Below are positions 51,250 through 59,163 of a stretch of 61,105 nucleotides of DNA, piece after piece; the stretch's first letter is position 1, and each line of letters opens with the position of its first letter. The stretch spans positions 1 through 61,105 of IMG/VR virus record IMGVR_UViG_3300006162_000242, one strand, 5' to 3'. Both the position numbers and the translations under genes were made by a program. The notes beneath the pieces are model-generated. The model was not told the DNA's origin. It did no database searches and was given only the letters and a program-made list of their open reading frames with translations. This DNA comes from a virus. Taxonomy: Duplodnaviria; Caudoviricetes.

Positions 51250-52791
51250 TTACACCTTAACTCGGTCATAGCGAGGCTTATTGACCGTTTCATAGACGAT
51301 GGAGAGCGGGTCGAAGGTGACTGCACCCAAGAGGCTCTTCAAGATGCTCGGAGAGCAACCTGAAACCAATGCCGTTCCCGAGTCGTCTGCACGAATTGGG
51401 AAGTTGTCGTTGCGGGTGGCAACATTCCACCAAACCACCCGAGGCAGTTCATAGCCAGCATTACGATACTTATCTGCCATGATTTCGAAGTTCGTCTTGT
51501 TGTTGCCGGGGCAACCCACATTGAACTCCATGTCCGACACGATATACAAAACTTCGGGCATATCTTTTTGGGATACATTGTTTTGAATCGCCGTGCGGAG
51601 AATCATGTCAAATGCGGACTGTAGATTGGTTGACTGTCCCCAATGCTGCTTGTCCATGTTCTGCCACTTCTCGTAAAGGTTGCTACCCTTCAACTTCTGG
51701 AACGACGGCGTATCCGAGAAGTTCATCCAAACATCCTTGAAAGGACCGACATTCCGTTCGGCGAAGTAAATCGCCAACGAGATGGACACATATGCGGGGA
51801 GCGCACCGTTATGACCGAACATAGACCCCGAGAGGTCGGCGATGACAAGACCCTTATGGGCATTCTCACCCATCCAATTTGGCATGGACTTCCATTGCAA
51901 GTCGGCTTGCAAGATTTCCTGTGCGGAAGGCTGTGTGCCATATCCAAAATTCTTCACGAGTGAACGGAAGATTTCGTAAGGGAATACAGCGGATGCATTC
52001 ATCTTCGCTTCGCCCTTCTTGACGGATTCAAGATACTTCGCATAACGCTCTTGGTCGTGGCGACCGAAAGCCTTGCGATAGTTCAAACTGGCCTTGGAAG
52101 GCACTTGCTCAAAGTTAATCTCGTTCCACTTACCCGCACACATCTTGGTCTCAAGGACATTGATATGGGAACGCAGGGCCGCAAGAATCTTACGGTAACG
52201 CTTCGGAGTCAGTTCCAACGCCTCACGGGTCTTGCGACCAAGGCGGACGGATTCCTTGCTGGAAGTGTTTTCGCTCTTGAGCCACTTGGCACACAGAGAC
52301 ACGGGTTCGCCCGCCTTCATGTTGCGAAGGTCAGCCTTCAATTGCTTGGCGATGAGTGCGAACACTTCATCTTCGAGGGGAGTTCCCACGAGGCAATAGA
52401 GGTCATCGAAACGACCATAGAAGGGAATGTTTTCGAGGTTCTTGCGAACCACATCGGCATAGTTTTGCCCGAGGTAGTTGGCGATGACACGGAAGGTGTT
52501 GCGTTCGCCCTGTCCTTCACGGATGTCACGGAAGTAGAAGAGAATCTTCAATGCAGTCAGACGGTCTTCGGCGAAGGCACGAGTGAACAGATTGATGATG
52601 TCTTGGGGCTGACGTTGACGCAGTGCTCCACCAGCACCAAACCAGTCGAGAATATCGGACTTCGTGGACTTGTTGGTGAGTGCTCCATTTTCAGTGAAAG
52701 CGACATTTCCGGCGTTGGTCATGGCCTGAATGAACGGGTTCGAGACAGGCACGAATTGAGTTTGCTTACGGTTCTTTGCGATGTTACGCAT
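51250..52791 (-). CDS. DUF2828-family Ro60/TROVE-like protein with C-terminal vWA domain
   Basis: TENGA, FYFRDIR.G.GER, YGR.DDL, AKW..SE, YRK, VPS.A, ADLSGSM, STN....F..IL, SDMEF, WNV, VSG.SP. Confidence 0.85.
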   Translation of the reverse strand: MRNIAKNRKQTQFVPVSNPFIQAMTNAGNVAFTENGALTNKSTKSDILDWFGAGGALRQRQPQDIINLFTRAFAEDRLTALKILFYFRDIREGQGERNTFRVIANYLGQNYADVVRKNLENIPFYGRFDDLYCLVGTPLEDEVFALIAKQLKADLRNMKAGEPVSLCAKWLKSENTSSKESVRLGRKTREALELTPKRYRKILAALRSHINVLETKMCAGKWNEINFEQVPSKASLNYRKAFGRHDQERYAKYLESVKKGEAKMNASAVFPYEIFRSLVKNFGYGTQPSAQEILQADLQWKSMPNWMGENAHKGLVIADLSGSMFGHNGALPAYVSISLAIYFAERNVGPFKDVWMNFSDTPSFQKLKGSNLYEKWQNMDKQHWGQSTNLQSAFDMILRTAIQNNVSQKDMPEVLYIVSDMEFNVGCPGNNKTNFEIMADKYRNAGYELPRVVWWNVATRNDNFPIRADDSGTALVSGCSPSILKSLLGAVTFDPLSIVYETVNKPRYDRVKV

Positions 52792-52830
52792 AACGGTTTT
52801 CCTTTTCTTTTGTTGTTTCGGGTTATATTG

Positions 52831-52864
52831 CTAGATACTAACCATTGTTTGCTTTTCGTATCTA
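52831..52864 (-). ncRNA. Mini ACAGCAA-type hairpin in the DUF2828 5' leader (unit 1)
   Basis: UAGAUAC-GAAAAGCAAAC...-GUAUCUAG. Confidence 0.5.
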
Positions 52865-52933
52865 TAACAAAAAAGTTATTTGGCACCGCATCCCTAACGG
52901 TGCCCCAGAGGGACTTTGCAGCCCCAAAATTGG

Positions 52934-53052
52934 CTAGATGCATGTTATTTTACAGTTGTCTTCTGTGCATATGAGTTATCCTAACTGAATAGGGGAGTAT
53001 GCCGTCTCCGTCCTTAGCATGGTATTTGTTTTTTGTTGCTGTTACGCATCTA
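52934..53052 (-). ncRNA. Y-RNA-like ACAGCAA unit 2
   Basis: 5' UAGAUGC-GUAACAGCAA ... GCAUCUAG 3' terminal stem with internal hairpins. Confidence 0.7.
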
Positions 53053-53058
53053 AATTGT

Positions 53059-53190
53059 CTAGGTCCAGACGTTTACTGTTAATCCTCAGAGCACGTTAGT
53101 ATTTCTCCTGACTGAACAGGTGGATTTGTGCCAGCATATCCATTTCGTTTTTCATTTTGAATGAATTTATTTTTGTTGCTGTATGGACCA
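53059..53190 (-). ncRNA. Y-RNA-like ACAGCAA unit 3
   Basis: 5' GGUCCA-UACAGCAA ... UGGACCUAG 3'. Confidence 0.7.
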
Positions 53191-53298
53191 AATTGTTGTG
53201 AGCCGCCGACTTCGGGTGCTACCCGACGCTGCGAACCCTTCGATGGGGTGCATCTAAGATGCCATCACACTAAATTGTCAAAAGAACTAAACTATCAA

Positions 53299-53380
53299 AA
53301 TCGTTGTCTCGGCAGGCCCGCTCGGTTGGACGAGAAACTTGACGATTCGGCCTATCCAACGTTGCCTGCTTGGCCGAACC
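53299..53380 (-). ncRNA. Candidate pseudoknotted or kissing-loop RNA
   Basis: Five complementary segment pairs in interleaved order (see findings). Confidence 0.5.
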
Positions 53381-53389
53381 ACTCACAAA

Positions 53390-53623
53390 CTAGATGTCGG
53401 ATTTGTCGGGTTATCTCCCAAGCATGTTTTCGACTGCCCTTGTCGGGTGTATTTGCAAAACTACGATTCTAACGGACACCGCTCCGTGGTCTATTCTAGG
53501 CAACCAACCCTCGGCCCTTGAGCAGGCGACCGAACCTGTTTGCCACAATCATTCAAATGGTTTGATGTGGCCCTTGTTTGTTTTTTGTTCATTAGTTTTA
53601 GTTGCTTGCTGTAACGACATCTG
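53390..53623 (-). ncRNA. Y-RNA-like ACAGCAA unit 4 (long)
   Basis: 5' AGAUGUCG-UUACAGCAA ... CGACAUCUAG 3' enclosing about eight small hairpins. Confidence 0.7.
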
Positions 53624-53671
53624 AACAACCGTGGTATCTTCGCAGACTCCACGGAAAATGTAAAGAACAAT

Positions 53672-53813
53672 CTGAGTGTTTACTGAAACGTCTTAGGTGG
53701 TATTATTTTTTATAACCACATGACAACTTTCGTTGCATCTAACAGCCGTCGAGACACAATCGGCATTTCTGCCCATCCACTTCTTGCGAAGGGTTCCCGC
53801 CGTTTAACACTCA
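53672..53813 (-). ncRNA. Structured RNA with three GNRA hairpins (variant unit 5)
   Basis: GAGUGUU / AACACUC terminal stem; CUUC-GCAA-GAAG, GGCA-GAAA-UGCC, GCAAC-GAAA-GUUGU. Confidence 0.6.
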
Positions 53814-53817
53814 AAAT

Positions 53818-54111
53818 TTATCTGCGAACTTCTCGCAAAGCTCCCCCGATTGGCCGAGGAGATTCGCAACAAGGGTTGCAATCGGGCCTTGGGTCAACAA
53901 CACAAGGTTCGCCACACTCGGGAGCAGGATATTCGTCCATCGTTTTATTCACCGCTTTCGCAATGAAATCCTTCTCCACCGCATCAGGATTCTTGTAATA
54001 CCGCTCGATGTTTTCTGCCAACTCACGGGCGGAATTAAAAACCACTGTTTGGCATCCCACTTTGCATACAAATCCATTTAGGACTGGCTTGATAGTAATT
54101 TCTCGTATCAT
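53818..54111 (-). CDS. Small hypothetical protein
   Basis: I..VLNGF..KVGCQ..VF; directly upstream of the RNA array. Confidence 0.6.
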   Translation of the reverse strand: MIREITIKPVLNGFVCKVGCQTVVFNSARELAENIERYYKNPDAVEKDFIAKAVNKTMDEYPAPECGEPCVVDPRPDCNPCCESPRPIGGALREVRR

Positions 54112-54119
54112 ATGCGAGT

Positions 54120-54147
54120 ATTATAGACCATCCGCCGCAAATGTCAA
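54120..54147 (-). promoter_or_regulatory. Consensus sigma70 promoter that could drive the RNA array and DUF2828
   Basis: TTGACA-16-TATAAT. Confidence 0.7.
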
Positions 54148-54507
54148 GTGCTTTTCGAAAATTTCTGCATTTTTCTTTTTGCCAAAAACTTCTGCACGGG
54201 TCAAGGCGTCATCCAAACTAAATTGGGCTTCCCGAATCGGATGAGTTACAGGCATCAACCCGCTATCTCCTGCGAGCACCATCGCCTTACGCAACTCTTT
54301 GTCGGCTGCGTGCAAATGGGCAATAATACCTTTGGCTGCTGTCTGAACTTTCGTCATCGTGGCAATACAATACCACAGGCTGTAAAACTTGTCAAGAGGA
54401 GATTTTAGCGTTCTCTCTATTTGGGCGAGACTCGGGTCTCATTTACTACATATCAGCCAAAAATAAAAAACACAAAAATATTTGACTTTTTTCATTAGCG
54501 TGGTATT

Positions 54508-55059
54508 ATGGCCATAATGATTTCACATAGCCCGACTAAAGACCGAGTAAAAAAAGGCAAAGGCGAAGAATTTCTCATTGCGGATAAATGGAAACTTCAA
54601 CTGGCAAAACAGGGAGCAACTCTCGATGAAGTTGACGAACAACAAGATATGCATGATAAAGTTGACCGAATTCTCACTACGCAAAAAGGAACTAAATTCA
54701 GAGTTCAGATTAAGTATAGAGAAATCGGGGAGGACGTTCTGGTAGAACTCGTAAAAAACATAAATACATGGGAACCCGGGCGTGACATGGTTGGAGTTGC
54801 TGATTTATATCTATGCGTTGGACTCGACAAGGTGGGTCGTTTGTATTGGACCAAACACATAAAGCCCGATGCCCAAGCTATCATTAATTCATTGAAGCAA
54901 AAAATCGAAGAGAATCCACATGTGCCGTGGTGGTATCCTGATGCCCCATATAACAAATGGCAAATCAATGTTGGAATTGATAACTATAGCGGCACAGTGA
55001 AAGTAAGGGGATACTTTTCCGTGGATGCATATACACATCAAAGTTTTCGCAATCTATGA
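54508..55059 (+). CDS. Putative PD-(D/E)XK nuclease
   Basis: G..GEE, D.HDKVD.........VQIKYR. Confidence 0.55.
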   Translation: MAIMISHSPTKDRVKKGKGEEFLIADKWKLQLAKQGATLDEVDEQQDMHDKVDRILTTQKGTKFRVQIKYREIGEDVLVELVKNINTWEPGRDMVGVADLYLCVGLDKVGRLYWTKHIKPDAQAIINSLKQKIEENPHVPWWYPDAPYNKWQINVGIDNYSGTVKVRGYFSVDAYTHQSFRNL

Positions 55060-55096
55060 TTGAACCGTATTTCGGTTCAATCCACATCCCAAATAT

Positions 55097-56116
55097 TTAC
55101 TTCTTCAACAGCTTTTTCCAAGCTTCTTTGGCGTGTTCATTCCACTCTCTCAATCCGTTACGATTGGCGGAATGAATACCAAATTGCTTGCCTTCCCAAG
55201 CAGCTTCAAGCTTCTTTACAATGTCAACGCTATCAGTGCAACTGGCTTGATAAAGTGGACTTAACCATTCGATTTCCTTGGACCCGACGATTGGCACGTT
55301 AGCATATACAAAATCCGCAGCAACAATATCAAAGGTTTCTGAGAGAGATACTTGCAATCCCAAATCCATTGTGCGAACAATTTTAATAAAGTTATGCCAG
55401 TCCAACCATTCATGGACTTGCAACTTATTACCAGACGATGCAAACAATGCTTGAATGTTACGCAAGGTCGGCTCACCATTGGATTCAACTCTTCCCGAAT
55501 TGATGTGATAGGTTATCTGACGACCGACTTTCCTTCCAAATGCAATTGCCGCCATCGCCTGAATGAGTTGATTTTTTAAAGGTCGGATAGCACCAAAACA
55601 TCCGATGTTTATATTATCATGGCAATGGGATATTGAGTTGGGTGCTGCCTCAATTTCATCTTTTGGCATATAAACGTTTGGCGCATATACTGTTCTAACT
55701 CCCAAAGCACCTTCAAAATCATTTACCAATTTTTCTGCATTGCACGAAACTTTGAATTGCGGATACCTGACTCCAATAGCCAAATATTGAACAATCCATT
55801 CAACCGCTATACCTTCGCTTGAAAGGAATGGTGTGTTGCTGTGCAATCGAACATACCACTTCACAGTCGGATGGAGTGGAATAAGTTGTTCAAACTTCGA
55901 CGGAACAACCCATAATGCTTCAATGAAAACATGAGTTGGCTTATATTTGGACACTTCACGGTCTATATCGTTATTATCAACGACTTCGATGAGTTTACTT
56001 TCATACCCCATCTCATCCAAAGCGTTACACAGAAAACGGCATGAGTTAAGCAGGCCGTATGATACTCCATAAGTAGAGCGTTTTTTGCAGATAAAAAGTG
56101 TGCGAATCTTGTTCAT
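55097..56116 (-). CDS. Glycosyltransferase (GT-B / GT4-like)
   Basis: GCFGAIRPLKN, DLGLQVS.SETFDIVAAD.....PIVGS. Confidence 0.75.
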   Translation of the reverse strand: MNKIRTLFICKKRSTYGVSYGLLNSCRFLCNALDEMGYESKLIEVVDNNDIDREVSKYKPTHVFIEALWVVPSKFEQLIPLHPTVKWYVRLHSNTPFLSSEGIAVEWIVQYLAIGVRYPQFKVSCNAEKLVNDFEGALGVRTVYAPNVYMPKDEIEAAPNSISHCHDNINIGCFGAIRPLKNQLIQAMAAIAFGRKVGRQITYHINSGRVESNGEPTLRNIQALFASSGNKLQVHEWLDWHNFIKIVRTMDLGLQVSLSETFDIVAADFVYANVPIVGSKEIEWLSPLYQASCTDSVDIVKKLEAAWEGKQFGIHSANRNGLREWNEHAKEAWKKLLKK

Positions 56117-56184
56117 GCCCTATAAATATAGCCATCATTATTGAGAAGAGAAGATGTCGTCATTTTTTCACACAAAAATAAATG

Positions 56185-56213
56185 TTGACACCAAACCAGA
56201 GTTATGATAGTAT
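56185..56213 (+). promoter_or_regulatory. Sigma70-like promoter with extended -10
   Basis: TTGACA-17-TAGTAT preceded by TG. Confidence 0.7.
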
Positions 56214-56240
56214 TGCGGCTCAATTAAAACAAAAAACTCT

Positions 56241-56684
56241 ATGAATCTATCACAAGCTCTCAAAACAAAGAATCGCCTCGCCGGTGAATTAGTTCGCCAA
56301 CAACAAATTCTTCAGCGGGAAAATGCCCGCCGCTCCGACAGTGTGTCAGGAGTTGACTGCAAAGCAGTGTGGGACCGCATCCTGAAACTCTCCGACGAAC
56401 TCGGAGTCATCAAAGGTAAAATCACCACCGCCAACATTGGCATCTATCCTGCTCTCGAACGGATGGCGGAATTGAAGTCTCGAATCTCCTTTATCCAAGG
56501 ATTGCAGAAGCGGGAAGGAACCGAAGTGACCTTCGTGGGTCGGGACCAAGAAAAGATGGAATACACTTGGACCTCATTCATCAATCAAGAAACCTCGGAT
56601 AAGATGGTGCTCGAACTTCAAACCGAGATTGACAAACTCCAAGACACAGTGGACACCTACAACGCCACCACGGAAGTTGGCTAA
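56241..56684 (+). CDS. DIP1984/DUF6847-like coiled-coil protein
   Basis: MNLSQALK.K.RL, I..AN, LQ..ID.LQ..VD.YNA.TEV signature. Confidence 0.7.
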   Translation: MNLSQALKTKNRLAGELVRQQQILQRENARRSDSVSGVDCKAVWDRILKLSDELGVIKGKITTANIGIYPALERMAELKSRISFIQGLQKREGTEVTFVGRDQEKMEYTWTSFINQETSDKMVLELQTEIDKLQDTVDTYNATTEVG

Positions 56685-56690
56685 ACATTT

Positions 56691-56904
56691 TGTGGGCAGT
56701 TTGGGAAAATGATGGTAGGAATTACCTGAGCAATCATGCCTTGAAGAAAGGCTATAACTTTAAAAATGACAAAGAGAAAGATGCCCCGCTTCGGCGGCTC
56801 AAACTTAAATTCTCAGCCTGTCAAACTTTAAAAATTAAGAGTCAATAATCAAACCTCTTCTTTGCCTCGTATGCCCGAGAGTAGTTGACCCAAACTGTTC
56901 CACA
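56691..56904 (+). ncRNA. Candidate ~214-nt structured RNA with heptad repeats
   Basis: Terminal stem UGUGGGCAGUUUGGG / CCCAAACUGUUCCACA; central CCGC-UUCG-GCGG; 7-nt periodic tract. Confidence 0.65.
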
Positions 56905-57101
56905 TTTCTTTATGATTTCTCGCCTGACTTTAATACGCCCCTGCAAACACCATAATAATCTTCGTGTTGGCAGACCTACCCCGTGTTATTATTGCCACCG
57001 CAAGCAGCTAATTGACTCATGTTCTGGAATTAAACCAGAAGAACGACTCCTTCAAGCCATCTTCGGGGAAGAACGCCACATCGTTCGGCGATAATTTCCA
57101 T

Positions 57102-57129
57102 TTGACAAATCATGTTGCCGTGTTATAAT
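57102..57129 (+). promoter_or_regulatory. Consensus sigma70 promoter (leaderless prepilin-like gene)
   Basis: TTGACA-16-TATAAT with TG extension; ATG at 57136. Confidence 0.8.
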
Positions 57130-57135
57130 AACGGC

Positions 57136-57465
57136 ATGATAAAAAAAGTCAAAGCGTTCACCTTGATTGAAATGCTGGTAGTCCTTGGTATCATTTGTAT
57201 TATCGCAGCAGTTATTCTTCCTGCATTCGTATTCCTCAAGCGACATACCCAACAACAGAGCGTCACATACCAAGTCGGGGAGGCAGTCTATATTGACACC
57301 CTCTGTATCACAGGAATCGTGAATGGCGTCAACAATTTGTATCAATGGCCCCGAGTTTCTTTGCTTATCAAAGGAACCAATGGTCTTCCATCCCAACTCG
57401 AACTGGTAGATGTTCGACTACTCAAAAAAGTTCCCCCTTCCCCACAAAGCGAATGGACACACTGA
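57136..57465 (+). CDS. Prepilin-type N-terminal cleavage/methylation domain protein
   Basis: KKVKA-FTLIEMLVVLGIICIIAAVILPA. Confidence 0.85.
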   Translation: MIKKVKAFTLIEMLVVLGIICIIAAVILPAFVFLKRHTQQQSVTYQVGEAVYIDTLCITGIVNGVNNLYQWPRVSLLIKGTNGLPSQLELVDVRLLKKVPPSPQSEWTH

Positions 57466-57590
57466 TGCGAACGACTAACAATGGATGGCTACTGGCATTA
57501 ATACTCGTGTCGTTCGTTCTACTTGCAAAATTCAAATCGAAAAAATAACCCCTTGACTTTTTATAAAACCTCTGCTATCTTTACACCACT

Positions 57591-58880
57591 ATGGCAACAC
57601 TGACCAAAGAAGTTCGACTGATTAAGGCCGAGAACGGCATTGACCCCAAAACGGGGAAGCCCATCAATTCCTACAAGTATTGGAACGCCAAGCTGTATGA
57701 TGACAGCAATTGGAGTGCCGAGTGGGGTCGTGTCGGCTGCGAAAACCCCGACAGCGGAACATGGAATGAAAGCAAGAAAACGATGGATTCCGTTGTTCGC
57801 TCCAAATTGAAAAAGGGTTACACCGAGCAAAAGACAATCGGTGAGGCGGTCGTGTCTTCTGGGTCAGGTGCCCCCGTCAAAAACACCGACCTTCACGCCA
57901 TTGCCAAAGCTCAAATTCTCACTACTTCAAATCCCACTTTGGACCGTCTTATCAAACGATTCGTTGACGCCAACGTTCACAAGATTACGTCGAGCACCCA
58001 AATCACCTACAATACCACCACGGGGTTGTTCACCACTCCCCTCGGTATTGTCACGATGGACGGACTAACTGAGGCTCGTAATTTGCTTGCCAAAATCGCT
58101 CCCCTTGTCCGTTCCCGCAAATTTGGTCCTGACACCGACAAGATTTTGTGTGATTATCTCCGCATTATCCCGCAAGCGTTGGGAATGAAACGATTCTCCA
58201 CCGAGACGGTCATCCCCGATGACAATGCGGTGCAGAAACAGAACGACTTGATTGATTCTCTCGAATCCAGCTATCAGGCTATGACTTCGACGCCTGCAAC
58301 CAAGACACCCACGGGCAAGCCCCAAGAGCAGGTGTTCAAAGTGGATTTGGATATTCTCAAAGATGCTGCCGAGCGTTCCCGCTTGGAACGGTTCTTCGAG
58401 ACCTCGAAAAAGCATCAACATGGCTATGACAATGTGCGTGTCCGTGAAATTTTCAAGGTCACGATTCACGATATGGCCAATAGCTTCGAAGCCAAAACCA
58501 CTCCCATCAAGGAAGTATTCCACGGCACAAGCCAAGCCAACTGTTTAAGCATCCTTAAATCAGGGTTGAAGGTCAGTCCTCCCTCGACCGCTGCCATTGC
58601 AGGAAAAATGTTCGGCAACGGAATTTATGGTGCCATCAACTCCACCAAGTCACTTGGTTATACTTTTAACCGTTGGGGCCAAGGTGGAGTCGGCGATGCG
58701 GGATGGTTGTTCGTCTGCGATTTCGCAATGGGTAAGATTTACACCACCCAATCAAGCTGCAATAAACCATCTGGCTACGACTCGGTATGGGCCAAAGCGG
58801 GTTACAGTCTTGCGAATGACGAGTTGATTGTCTATCGCAACTCTCAAGCCACCATCAAATACCTTTTGGAGTGCAAATAA
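57591..58880 (+). CDS. WGR-domain PARP-like ADP-ribosyltransferase
   Basis: WGRVG...K.KKGY; helical linker (Y...IP); FHGT, SIL..GL, GKMFGNGIY, KS.GY, YDSV, NDELIVY (H-Y-E triad). Confidence 0.9.
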   Translation: MATLTKEVRLIKAENGIDPKTGKPINSYKYWNAKLYDDSNWSAEWGRVGCENPDSGTWNESKKTMDSVVRSKLKKGYTEQKTIGEAVVSSGSGAPVKNTDLHAIAKAQILTTSNPTLDRLIKRFVDANVHKITSSTQITYNTTTGLFTTPLGIVTMDGLTEARNLLAKIAPLVRSRKFGPDTDKILCDYLRIIPQALGMKRFSTETVIPDDNAVQKQNDLIDSLESSYQAMTSTPATKTPTGKPQEQVFKVDLDILKDAAERSRLERFFETSKKHQHGYDNVRVREIFKVTIHDMANSFEAKTTPIKEVFHGTSQANCLSILKSGLKVSPPSTAAIAGKMFGNGIYGAINSTKSLGYTFNRWGQGGVGDAGWLFVCDFAMGKIYTTQSSCNKPSGYDSVWAKAGYSLANDELIVYRNSQATIKYLLECK

Positions 58881-59163
58881 CAATATGTGTATCTTCGGAC
58901 ATAAATTTGGACCAATGGATGTCAACCGCATCCAATACTGCATCCGCTGTGGCAAAGCCAATCAGGTGCCCATTCCCCATCCTTGTGCGAGCGGCCACGT
59001 GTGGGTGGATGAATACACCCAACAATATAAAAATACTTACACCGACGGACTGACGGGTGCCCGCCGTGAAATCACATCCATCACATACTTTCAGAAATGT
59101 AAAATCTGCGGACACAAACGCAGTATCGAAATTTAACAATTCAACATTTAAACACACAAAACT

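Noticed and set aside
6586-52974. Long plus-strand ORFs such as 6586-7221, 7309-8130, 11131-12075, 43019-43849, 46783-47562 and 52051-52974
   Set aside because: They are antisense shadows of well-supported minus-strand genes with biased codon use.
52800-53815. CRISPR array or tRNA cluster
   Set aside because: There are no identical direct repeats with uniform spacers and no complete cloverleaf with a T-loop (GTTCRA). Only a short motif and the pairing pattern recur.
52719-53998. Short ORFs in the track overlapping the RNA array (for example 53161-53472, 53394-53624, 53720-53998)
   Set aside because: They have no recognisable motifs or initiation signals, are mostly antisense to the neighbouring genes, and the region is better explained by RNA structure.
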